A stretch of 64,000 nucleotides of DNA, taken from Mytilus trossulus. Taxonomy: Eukaryota. This document shows positions 36,901 through 49,314 of the stretch, one piece after another; the stretch's first letter is position 1; each line of letters opens with the position of its first letter. Under the pieces are notes generated by a model that saw nothing but the letters and a program-made list of their open reading frames with translations, was not told the DNA's origin and made no database searches. Where the stretch lies: assembly GCF_036588685.1 (NCBI RefSeq), contig NC_086378.1:84816001-84880000 (forward strand), read 5' to 3'. The translations under genes and the position numbers were made by a program.

Positions 36901-39581
36901 TAATGTCTGCAAGTGAGAATGGTCACCTGGAAATAGTTAACATTTTAATAGAAAAGGGAAATAGTTGTAATGATGTTGACTGGGAAAACATATATCGTGC
37001 AAGGTTTTTTTATATGCACTCAAGAGATTCAATAGGTTTTAATCGTTTCATGCATAGAAGACAGAGGAATATATTTTCAATAACAAATCATTGGTCACCT
37101 TTATTACTTGCATGTGTCAATGGACATACCGAAATAGTAAATATATTGTTAAACAATGGAGCATCATGGGTTTATGAATGTACCCTTGATGGTTCATCAC
37201 CTTTAATGTTTGCTTCTACTGCGGGACATACACAAATAGTTAGGATGTTGTTAGAAAAAGGAGCAGATTATAATATGTGCAAAAATGATGGTTGGTCACC
37301 TATAATGGCTGCGTGCAGATTTGGACATGCTGAAATAGTAAACATGTTGTTAGACAAAGGGGTTGATTATAACAAATGTGCCAGTGATGGTTGGTCTCCT
37401 ATATTGTACGCATTTAGATATGGACATACACAAATTGTAAAATTCCTGATAGACAAAGGTGTTGATTATGAGAAAATTGACAGTTATGGTTGGCTTCCTG
37501 TGAAGTATGCTTATAAATATGGACATGTAGAAATAGTAAGAATGTTGTTAGACAAAGAAATATATTATAATGAATGTGATAATGATGGTTGGTTACCGGT
37601 AACGTTTGCAAGTAGACATGGACATACAGAAATAGTCAGGATGTTGGTATCCAAAGGAATTGATGTTAATAGATGCGACAAGAATGGGGTTTCACCGTTA
37701 ATTGCTGCTAGCAGATATGGACATACTGTTGTCGTAAGAATGTTGATAAACAACGGAGTTAACTATAACCAACTTGACCATGAAGGCTGGTCGTCTTTAA
37801 TGCATGCTTGTAGATTTGGGCATGCACAAATAGTAAGGATGTTGTTAAACTACGTAGTAGATTATAATCAATTTGAACATGAAGGTTGGTCGTCTTTAAT
37901 GAACGCTTGTAGATATGGTCATGTCAAAATAGTAAGGATGTTATTGGACATAGGAACAGATTATAATAAATGTAACAATGATGGTTGGTCACCATTAATT
38001 CATGCTTGTAAAAAGGGATATATAGATATAGTGAGAATGTTGTTAGACAAAGGAGCTAATTATGATAAATGTGACAATGATGGTATGTCTCCCTTAATGT
38101 TTGCTTGTAGCAATGGATACATAGATATAGCAACGGTGTTGGTAAACAGAGGAGCTGATTATAATCATGTTGACAATGATGGATGGTCACCTTTATTATG
38201 TGGTTGTGACAATGGACATTTAGAAATAGTAAAAATGTTGCTAGAAAGAGAAATAGATGATTTGGATTATTCTTTATTGTTTGCATGTGAGAAAGGGTAT
38301 ACGGAAATAGCAAGGATGTTGGTCGACAAAGGCGTTGATTATGATAACTATGACGATGATGGCTGGTCACCTTTAACGTATGCATGCGACAACGGACAGA
38401 CAGAAATAGTGAGGATGTTATTAGACAGAGGAGTAAATTGCAACACTCATGAATCTGAGGAAGCGTCACCTTTGATATGTGCATGTAAGTTAGGTCAAAC
38501 AGATATTGTAGAGATGTTGTTAGACAAAGGAGTCGATCTCAAAGTGTGCAGCGTTGATATTTGTTCATCCATAATGATTGCTTGTTTCTTTGGACATACA
38601 GATATTGTAAGGAAATTTCTAGAAAAGGGAGTAGATTTTGAAATATGTGACAGTGATGGTTACTCACCATTTATGTTTGCTTGTAGAAATGGACATACAG
38701 AAATAGTAAGAATGTTAATTTTACAAACAGATATTAATAAATGTAATGATAATGATGGGTGGTCACCTTTAATGTATGCTTGTGACAATGATCATACAGA
38801 TATAGTCGTGATATTGATTAACAATGGAGTTGATTGTAATGCATGTGACAAGAGTGGGTGGACACCAATTATGTCAGCTAGTATTTATGGATATGCAGAT
38901 CTAGTAATTATGTTGTTACACAAAGGAGCGCAATGTGATAAACGTACCAATGATGGTTGGTCACCTTTAATGTATGCTTGTGTGTATGGATACAAAAACG
39001 TAGTAGAGGTATTGCTAGACAGCGGAGCTGATTGTCATAAATGTAACCCTGATGGTGAATCACCAATTGTGTTTGTATGTATGTATGGTTATATGGACCT
39101 AGCAATGATGTTAATAGACAGAAAAGTAGATTATAATAAATGTGACAATGATGGTTGGTCACCTTTGCTTTATGCCTGTAAAAACGGACATTATTATATC
39201 GTAATGATATTGCTATTGAAAGGAGCAAATTATTATAAATGCAATAATGACGGTGAGTCACCAATTATGTGTGCCTGTGAGTATGGACATACAGAAATAA
39301 TAAAGATGCTGATTGATAAAGGAGCAGATTATACTAAATTTGATAATAATGGTCGGTCACCAATAATGGTTGCTTGTCAAAATAGACATTCAACAATAGT
39401 AAAGATGTTTATATTAAAAGGAGTAAATTATAAAATATGTGACAATGATGGTATGTCACTGGAACAAATTGCCTATGAAATGGGTCTCATGGACGTAGTT
39501 GAGCTTATAAATGACATGCCGGGAAGAAAAAAAGAAGAAGACAGAATGATAAAAAAAAAGGGGAAAAAAAGAAAAACATGA
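33985..39581 (+). CDS. Terminal 5.6-kb coding exon: STAND P-loop NTPase (nSTAND3-like) + helical/winged-helix region + ~40 ankyrin repeats + basic tail
   Basis: TTTCAG acceptor (AG 33983-33984) in phase 1 gives E-QNNQILEDWKTNDH, running in frame into the 1850-aa ORF 34029..39581. Walker A SSGAGKT, Walker B LFVIDD, sensor-1-like IVACR, GxP-like CFPL, MHD-like IHD, then 33-aa repeats of the form YNKCDNDGWSPLMxACxxGHxEIVRMLLxxG. Confidence 0.93.
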
Positions 39582-42455
39582 TCTTACACAGAATTGCTTT
39601 CAAGTTAAGCGTTTGGTTAACCCTTGATTACATTTTAACATATCAAAACCAAATAATTTGTTACGTCGCATTCCATTGCCCGAAAGATTAAAAAACAGCA
39701 ACAATCGTAGCATGCATGTGAATTGACACCGGTGACCGACAATGACATGTACGAACGTTAAAGTAATTGGATAATTATTTTTGATGTTGCATCGCCTAAT
39801 TTACAAATAGAGGGTTAGAAATATCATAGTAATCAGTCTGTGATTGTTTTTGTCTAGTAATGTTTTTTTTTAAAAAACAGTGAAATAATCATGTACCAGA
39901 TAATGTAAACTACCATGATAAAGCATGTATCACTGTTTTACGGATTACACATGATTCCCATATTTCATTCAACATGCTTATGAAAAAAGAAGTACACGCG
40001 TTGTATGCTAACATTGTCTGTGTTAATTTTTGAATTGTTTGTATTCACATTGAACGACAAATCTATGTGACGTATACAAATTTTCTGACGTCAGGCACAC
40101 AAATAAATGAGTGTGTTTGAAGATAAATGATTTGTGTTCTGTTAAATTGTTCCTTTTAAAATTGTTATACGATGATGACTGCTGTATCCATATTTTTACT
40201 ATCTTATGTATTGTGTCTGTTTAGTTAACGCATCAATGTAAACATAACGGAATTTGATGAGACTGTCATCAAAGTGAGAGGGTTAGTGCTACAAAACCAG
40301 GTTTAATCCACCATTTTCTACATTTGAAATATGACAGTTCTTGTCGATTTGTTTTTGATGCGTTTTGTTATTTGATTTTGTCATAAGATTATGAACTTTC
40401 CGAATTGTTTTTCTTCTAATTTCAGTATTTTTGTGATTTTACTTTTTACATATATTGTTAACTGTTAAACAAAATATGAAGAAATTATGGATGAGAAAAT
40501 ACATGTACAAGTTTAGACTCACTTTTATTAATACACTTAGTTAAAATAAGCACACTTCTTGAACTGGTTGGTGTTTTTAAATACAGTGAGTCAATGGACA
40601 TATTATTCGTTCTTTTGTGTACATATGTACAATATAGCCTTGAGGTAGGTATAGTTGTTTATCATCCTAATTGCGTGGTGTAGTGTTCTTTTTATGTTTT
40701 GTAAATTGTTTACCTTACTTTTTTCCAGATATTTGGTAATATCCTTTTGGCGTGGCTCGGTACTGTTTTATTGTGATTAAGATTATAATACAAAGTAGAC
40801 TGCTGTTCCCTAATTTATGACATTTTTAATTAAATGTGTCTGTTTGTTTTTGTTCACACATTGTTGTATATATGTAACACTCCCAAACGTGTCCTCCCCT
40901 CAAACGTGTCCGATTCTCCCAAACGTGTCTTTTTCCCCTAAACTCGTCCGAAATGTACAATATTCCCCAAATGTGTCCGACTTCATAACCCTCAAACGTG
41001 TCCGATAATTGTTATTCGCCAAAACGTGTCCAATATTTAACGCCAAAACGTCACACGTTTTTTAGCGCTAATACATGTATCTCCAAAATAAACTCGCTGA
41101 TAACGTGTACGGCAATTCTATTATGGGAGACACAAGTGATGAAGTTGTCATTTATCACATTAAGTTAGTTCAATGTCGGTTTTTCATGATTATAGTAATT
41201 GCAAAATTAATCTTTTATTATTAAGTAACTTTGACTGCAGTTGCTCATTGTCCAGTTGCAAGTATTTCATATTTATTTAGAGCGAACATAAATATAGTTC
41301 TGGAGTTGAATTAATCGATAACTTTGTAAATTATTTTGTACTGATAAACTCCGATGATGCCTTTTATATTTATCCGAATATTGCATGGCGGGCTTTTAAC
41401 AGCGTTTTTTCCACACTTTTGTCGATAGTTTGTGTGTATTTCAAAAGCTCAACAAATCATGAAATGGTTATCCTGTATTTTAATTAATTTTAGGTTTCCA
41501 CCATGACTAAAGACACACGATAAGAAACATAACGTGCAGTGGCAAATATTTCATGCATAAGTTTTAGAGATTCTTTTTTTATGAATATGACTGTTATGTG
41601 ATCAGCACCGGTTTAATTGCAAATGTATTTTGTAGTGTATAAATAATCTTTAGACTGTTGATAACGTATTGTTCAGTTGCAAGTACTTTATGCATATTTA
41701 GAGCGCAAAATAGTTATGCAAGTTTTAATATTTTTACAGTTATACTGAACAATTTTTTTTTATTTTTTTTTAAATATAAAACATATTTTATTAACAATCC
41801 CCTGTTACATCAACCCTCAGTTGCCCAGGGGAGCAACTAAGGGGGCCCCAATTGTTACAGTCTCATTTGTCGGTGAAAAATCAAATGAGAAAAAAAAACT
41901 CCCACCATAAACAATTAACATCAACCTTTAAAAATATTATCTGTCCTTGTACAAATGTACATGTACATGCAATCATTATCGATCTATATATCTTTACCTC
42001 TCACCATATATATATTTTTTTTAAATAAAATATGTTTTGTATCTTTATTTATTTCTCACAAAAGCTACCTGTATTTATTAAGCAGTTTCAAAGTTACCGT
42101 ACATCAAATCTTTTGTTATGTTAATTTCAATTACATTTAAATTCTGGTCATGTGATCATTTACCACGTGCGATTTGTTAAAGGGATGTGTTACCGTAGTT
42201 CATTCATAAAAAAAAATGGATTATTTAATGATTTTTGATTTCCAAGAAGATTTTATTTCAAAGATATGGTTAGTAAATATTTGTTTATAAAATTAACCTG
42301 TTGATACAACATGTCTTGTTACGATTAGACGGTAAACCTGAATTACATACACAATAGAAATTACATGTAGGGAGCTGAGAGCAGTATACAACATATTATT
42401 ATTCAAGTAGTATCAAAGAGGTCATTGCACTGACCTGACCACACAAAATGTATAT

Positions 42456-44847
42456 TTATATACAAAAAATGTCATACATAATAGAAAAGGCTTCGTTTTT
42501 TGTATTCGGTTTAAAATATTTGAGCAAAAACTGCATTTCTTGTTTTATCATATTTAAAATCAACGATTTACTTATCCCTTTATTTTGATATTTTGCGATA
42601 TTTCTAGTTTTCCAGATAACCCATTTTGTGATTAGAAGTACCGTATCTAAAATTTGGGTATAAGATGCATCTGCATTAATGACCCCAAATATTATACTTG
42701 TTTCCGATTTTTGTAATTTTTCGATATTTAATTGTGAACAAAATTCCCATATTTTCTCAAAAATTCCCGCCAAACGTCTTCCACCAGTTTACAATAAATA
42801 AAAAGATGAAAAAGTGATTCTTTTTCATTGCAAAAGTGACACTTCCCGTTTGAGCGATTCATTTTTTGTAATTTTTCTTCAGTGTAAATTATATTATGTA
42901 GTAACTTACATTGAAGTTGTTTAGTTTTCCTATTAGCTAAATTCTTATTCAAGGTTTCCCAAATGTATTCCCATGGTAGCTCATTCCCAAAATGTAAATT
43001 CCACTTTTTCCCCAAACCCAAATTTTAATAAACAAAAATCGATCCATTCCCATTCCACCCTATCAAATGCTTTTTGTTGATCCAAAAATAATATTGCACC
43101 CTCCTCATCTTCTAATTCACAAAAATCTATAACATCTTGTAGTAATCTATTGCCTTGAAAAATGCTGCACCCTTTGACAAACCCTTTTTGATCGAAATCA
43201 ATTATTTGCGGTAATACATTTTTTAAATTTTCCGCGAGTACTTTGGAAATAATTTTATAGTCCGTGTTCAAGAGCGTTATAGGACGCCAATTTTTTATGT
43301 CTTCTCTCTCCCCAAACTGACGTGGAAAGGTAAACATAAGCGTAATCATACCTCTATATTGAGATTCACAGAGCAAATTGTTGTCAAAGATATCCTTAAT
43401 AACCGCCACGAAGTCTTCCTTTATCAAATACCAATATATTTTGTAAAATTCATTTACAATTCCGTCTTCCCCAGGGGATTTTATCAGGTTTCAAGATTGT
43501 AATGGCCTTACTTATTTCATCCAAAGTTATTTCCATTTCACACATTTTTTTATTTTCTTCGGTTAGTTTATGATCTATATTCTGTAATAGATTTTCTGCC
43601 GCCTCCCTATCCCACCCCTCAGACGTAAATAAATTTTTGCAGAAAGATACTTGTTCTTCTAAAATAGATTCTATATAATCTTTATACTTTCCGTCTGCAC
43701 CTTTTATTCTAGACCATAATTTTTCCGCGCCCCTCTTTTTTTCTAGATTAAAGAAGTACCCTGTAGATTTTTCGCCTTTCTCGTACCAATTAACCTTCGA
43801 CCTAATTCTGACTGCCTCTTTTTTGTCATAATAGTCTTTTATTTTAACTTTTAAATCATTCAATTCGTTTTCATTATTTGTAAGATCGGATCCCGTAATT
43901 TTATCCAATTTTTTCCCCCACTCCCTTATTTGTTTTTCTGTAACGTTTAATTGTTTTGCCACTTCTATAGTAAGACTTTTGATTTTTATCTTAGTGTCCT
44001 CCCACCATTCAAGACTATTTGCGAACTTATTTTTTTTTTTAATTTCCAGTTTTCCAAAAAGCTTTCGAAAGTATTTCTAAATAAGTCTGATTGAATAACT
44101 GATGAGTTCATTTTCCACGTTCCGGGACCGCGTTCTGGTTCATTTGTTTTTAATTCCATGAATACACCGTCGTGGTCACTGAACGGGAAATAAACTATTT
44201 TTGCCTGTTGCGATTTATATTGAAGCTCACTACTTATAAAGATGTAGTCAATTCGTGACCTTGAGTTACCTCGACAAAAAGTATATTGTTTTTCTTTAGG
44301 AAATCGTTTTCTCCACACGTCTATTAATTCGTTATGCTCGACAAATGTTTTTAATTCCATCGATCCAATGTCTTCTCGAAAAGGCTCCGGTTTTCGATCT
44401 AAGTTTTTTTATAAGAGCACAGTTAAAATCCCCAAGAACAATATTTCTATTACCGTTATCAATGAGAATATTTTTTTCAAAAAATAATTTTCTGTCACCA
44501 GCCAAATTGGGAGCATAAATATTGTAAATAAAAAACCTGTTATTCCCTGGTGTTTTATCATGTACAGAAATTGTTCTTCCATTATTATCTTGGCCGTTTT
44601 TTGAAATTTGAAATTTATTTTTTTCTGAAAAAAGAATTGCTACCCCTTTTGAATTACTTGATCCATGATTCCAAAAACTGCCCCCCTTCCATTCCTTTTT
44701 CCATTTTGTTTCGACCTCACTAGAGCTATGTGTTTCTTGCAAGTATATTACGTCAATATTTTTCTTTTTACACCAGTAAAAAACGGCATTTCGTTTTTTG
44801 TTATCTACCATACCATTGACATTCAAACTAACAATCGAAATTGACAT
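42456..44847 (-). pseudogene. LINE ORF2 (APE-RT-CCHC), multiply frameshifted, with an internal RT deletion at ~43005
   Basis: ORFs 44332..44847, 43986..44360, 43450..43962, 42981..43427, 42728..43021 and 42456..42773. FGFGEK is fused directly to KWNLHFG, so no YADD region remains. Confidence 0.88.
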
Positions 44848-45459
44848 AATACAAAGTTATGGCAAAATAATGCTTTGTTTTGTTCATAATCATAAGTGCT
44901 ACAGATATGTAACAAGAATTTACACACAATGTATAGATAGTTTCTCACAATAACAAACGTATCATTTTCCTCGTGCATACTTATGACATCGTCACAGTTC
45001 GCTGGGATGAGCATACACCCGTAATTGCCTTTTAAATTTTATTAAATAAACACCTTCATTCATTTTATGAATTTGTGATCTAGGCCGAAACTCACATTGG
45101 TAACTACAAATAAAGATGGAAACTTGTTTTCGTTGGTCAACATAATAATTAAACATATTATATATTTTACTATCTGATAATGTATTGGTAATTTCATAGT
45201 GTACGTTGGTGAACACACTTAAGTTACAACAACTCTTTAAAATATTTGTCAATTTTACAATGATTATAGGGTCACAATTCAGGACATAGTCCACGTGTTT
45301 ATATGTAAATAAAAATAAACAAAAAATTTTTACAAGCTGTTTAAAAAATGCATTGATTTTAAATATTGTTGACAAAGTTGAATTAAACAGATGCATTATA
45401 GCAATTTAGATTTCGACTACAATAAAAAATCATGTATTATATATATTGTAAATAATTAG

Positions 45460-46935
45460 TTAGTATGGTTTGGGCATCTTGGTTGCTTGTTTCTCGCTTG
45501 AGCCAGGAGTGGAACCTGAACTTCGATTACGTTTTTTACTCGGGGTTTGATATTCACATTCACACTCTGAATTGATAAAGTCCTCAAATATATTTTCTAC
45601 CAGTTCTGTACCGGACATGCTGATATGTACTCCACTCGGGTCGTTCAAATCGAACAGTGCTCGGTATGGTGTTTTGTTGGGAGCGAATTCGTCCCATAGG
45701 TCAATGTATTTCAGCACTTGACTTTTTGCACAGAGTTTTTGTGTAAAACTATTGACAGATCTTGCTGCTGTATTCAATGCTTGTATAGAGGCACTCTTAC
45801 CTCTTCTGGGTAGAAAACTGCTTATGCAATTCGTGCCTTTGGATATTTGGTTTTAACTGTATCTATGCATGTCGTAAGATTTGCCGTTATTTGCTCGGTG
45901 TCACTCCTATGCTTACTGATGTCATTTGTCCCTAATGATAAAATCACATTAGTTACAAGTTCAGAATTAAATATATAGTCAGATTGACAAACAAGTTTGT
46001 CAATTTGATCAAGAGTGGTGCCTGATACCGCTATAACATTTACACTTGTGTCCTCAATTCTAAGGCGACTGCAATTGGATGCGCCAAATATAATTGATTG
46101 AGCAATTGGGAATGTAGCGTTCTTTTTTTCAAACACACTTTCAGTGGTTTTATTCAGATCAATCACATTTTCGGTGGTTTTGTTTAGCTCGATAATAACT
46201 TCCTCTGTGTTATTATCCTCGGTACACGAGTCATCTTTATTTGCGTCTCTGCCTTCCTGAATATCATGTACATAGTCACCATACATTTCTTGGTCATCAG
46301 TCTGACAATCTCTTTGTATGTGACCTTCTTTTCCGCACCGATAGCATAACTTTTCGGAGTGGGGACAATCTTTTATTGTATGTGAAGAACTGTTGCATCG
46401 ATAACATTTGCGTGCCGCTTGATTTTGACGGGTGGGTTTGTTTGTGCATCGATAGGATGAATGGTCTGTTTTCGTACAGTACGGACACTCTGTCCTATTA
46501 TTGTCTGCGAATACCCTGACACTGAACCTCCCGAATTTGGTTGCGGTCGGAATTATTGGGACACAGTTTGTTAGTTGCACATAACGTGTACCGGTCTCAA
46601 TGTTGGTATCTTTAATTAGACCCTTGCGTAGGGACCCATTCACAACACTACCAAATTTTGAAATATGGCCACATATTGTAATGTCACTCATTTCACACGG
46701 GGCATCTTTTATAGTCACATTTGTAACTTGTTGTTCTACATCTACCATTTTGATGAAACGGTTTTTCAAGTTTATTCCTCGTGTGAGTAAAGTATGTTTT
46801 GTGTTCTGGTCGTTTACTGTAACTATACAATCTTTCTCTGTAATTTGTATGGTTTTTATTTCGTTTTGATCAACTAGAGTTTTTAGTTCATTTAATACAT
46901 CAGTATGTGTAATACCCTTGGTGAAACTAATACCG
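45460..46935 (-). pseudogene. LINE ORF1: RRM-like region + 3 CCHC knuckles + SGNH/GDSL esterase-like domain, one frameshift near 45825
   Basis: CPYCTKTDHSSYRC, CYRCNSSSHTIKDC, CYRCGKEGHIQRDC; then IIFGASN, VSGTT, SLGTNDI and (ORF 45460..45777) DPSGVH. Confidence 0.82.
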
Positions 46936-47529
46936 ATACTGAACAAATTAACTTTAACTAAACTTTAAACTAATGATCGCGTATTGTCTAGTTGCAAGTA
47001 TGTAATGCATATTTAGAGAGAACATACAAGTTTTAATGTTTTTGCAGTTCGTTTTAGAGAGAACATTGGCTACCTGTTTTTATTTATTTTTTTACATTTG
47101 AACATACATGTTTTAGTGTTTTTACTTTTCAATTGTTAAGATAAACTTTAGGTTGCATATTGTCCAGTCGCAAGTATTTTATGCAAATAGGAGAAAACAT
47201 ACAAGTTTATTTCAGTTCTACTGAATGAATTAACTTTAGGCTGTTGATTGCGAATTGTCAAGTTGTCAGTATTTTGTGCATAAATAGAGAGAATTTTAAA
47301 GTTTTAACGCACAAAGAAAAGGACACTTTGACCCGTTAACTGTACAGTTTAACTCAACATTTTTGCTTACAATTTACGTACGATATAGCCGAAATAACGC
47401 CCCCACTTTAATTAAGGTCAAGGAACAGTAAATGGGCTATGTCGCAGATTTTGCTAAAAATTTGCATACAACCTTGGCTTGTTGAACTACAACTGAAAAT
47501 CGAAAAATAATACATTTATCTCTTTTATT

Positions 47530-48545
47530 ATCTGAAAAAAAAACGGATAATTAATGAAAGGAAATGAAAAATCATCCCTTTTATCATAAATTTTAGTATT
47601 CAGCTTTCCGTTAGTGATATAGATATCAAGATGTTGTTTTGATGGGTCTTTGCTTATTTTTGTCATCAATTGTAACTCATTACAATACAAAAAGAGGTCC
47701 GCAATAAGTGGTGCACAGTTAGTCCCCATTGGAATTCCGATAATCTGACGATATACGGAATCCCCAAAGCGAACAAAAATGTTATCTAGTAAAAATTCAA
47801 GGGCATATATAGTATCAAAGCATGTCCAATTAACATAGTTTTTTTGTTTATTGCTACTAAAAAATGACCTAAAAGAGTTTGAACATATATATTCACATTC
47901 TGATTTTTTGAATGCCCATTTGATTACTAGGTGTGTGGATTTTTTCTTAATGAGAATGTGAGGCAATTGTGGTATACAGGGTAGAAAAATCAAAACTTTG
48001 AACAGATTCAAAATCACCAATATAAGCATGCAATTTATCAAGTACTTCCAACGAGTTCTTGACACTCCAAAAGTAATTTATTCCACTATTTTCGAAGCCT
48101 TATTTGAACAATTTATTATAAGGTTTTTAATTGTACCAAGTGTGCTGGTAAGAAGAATAGACAATTTAGTAGTTGAACAATGGCTTGAAGACGAAATAAA
48201 TCTATATTTGTAAGGGATTTTGTGTAGCTTCGGAAGCCAATACATAGTTGGGACTTTCATTGTATTTAGCTCTGCTTGTAAAGCGGTGGCTAAAAGTTTA
48301 TGTTTGTCACAGATTTCGTTTTCTGAAAATGGAGTCAGTTGGAATGTTGGTGAATTGGTGATTTCCTTTTTCAGAACTGCAATGTAAAATTTACGTCAAA
48401 CAATAATAATATTATTAGCAGCTTTATCGGCCGGGGCAAAAACAAATTTCTAGGCTAGTTCTTTTAGTTTATGTTTGATACGAGAAATAGGTTTATTGTG
48501 GTTATTGTTAGTAGTAAAATGTTCTTTAACATGTTGAATAGGTCA
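47530..48545 (-). mobile_element. PLE reverse transcriptase fragment
   Basis: PTMYWLPKLHKIPYKYRFISSS; FLLDNIFVRFGDSVYRQIIGIPMGTNCAPLIADLFLY; TKIYDKRDDFSF. Confidence 0.88.
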
Positions 48546-49314
48546 CCGACTTCGTTTTTTGTCTAATAATTAATTTGTTACCTTGTTGGTAGTGAAAAAC
48601 GTCAAATATCAACGTTTTACGGCATGCAACGCGATATCGCTACGATTATTTCGACGTTTTGTCGGTGACCCTTTCTTTATTTTGCATCATTATAACGGAA
48701 ATTTATGTATCAACAACATATATTTTTTTCCTAAAAATATATGGAGTAGAATTAGAGATTTAGCGATTTTAAGACAAATTTTAGAAGGGTTTTCGCCGAT
48801 TTTATGTGCTTTCTATACAAATGATTACCCATTTTGTAAGAATTCAATCAGTAATATTTCAAATGATAAATGAGATAAATGCAATATATTTTCGATTTTC
48901 AGTTGAAGTTCATCGAGCCAGAGTTGTATGCCAAATTTTACTGAAATCTGTGACATAGCCCATTTACTGTAACTTGACCTTAACCCAGTTTAATTCTTCA
49001 GGTTTGAAAAAGTACTTACGTGCCTTATGTATATTTCTAATGTAATTGTAAAATTGATATACGTTAACGAAACAGCAATAACCAAAACACGCTTGATATG
49101 GACACTTTTGTGGGTTAGTTGAGAAATGAACGAGTTTGGGCGTTTATACAAATGACACGCTTTGGTGCAGTTTTCAACTAGACATGTTTGGGGAATCGGA
49201 CACGTTTTAGGGGAAGGACACGTTTCTGAGTGTTACATATATAATGGAATTTCGTGCGACTTTCCAATTCGAATTTTCCTCTGAATTCGGTAATTTTTTA
49301 TTTTACTTTTTAAT

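Larger units (their letters stand above)
41753..46935 (-). mobile_element. 5'-truncated L1/Tx1-clade LINE with poly(A) tail and 11-bp TSD
   Basis: ATACTGAACAA at 41742-41752 and 46936-46946; T-run 41753-41771. ORF1 has CCHC knuckles. ORF2 fragments: APE (SLNVNG, LQETH, GDFN, SRIDY, SDH), RT (NWRPITLLNTDYKI, LDQQKAFDRVEW) and a C-terminal CCHC (CHFC...HLFIYC). Confidence 0.92.
40873..49237. mobile_element. TIR DNA element with TGTAA...TTACA termini (Ginger-like, tentative), carrying nested LINE and PLE insertions
   Basis: Left end TGTAACACTCCCAAACGTGTCCTCCCCTCAAACGTGTCCGATT; right end reverse-complements to TGTAACACTCAGAAACGTGTCCTTCCCCTAAAACGTGTCCGATT. TATATA on both flanks; host repeat resumes after 49237. 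Confidence 0.75.

Noticed and set aside
34328-39264. Minus-strand ORFs overlapping the ankyrin exon
   Set aside because: Antisense shadows of repetitive coding sequence with no recognisable motifs.
34029-39581. Stand-alone intronless or bacterial (endosymbiont-type) ankyrin gene starting at ATG 34029
   Set aside because: An in-frame splice acceptor at 33984 and phase-matched upstream exons indicate a terminal exon of a eukaryotic gene.
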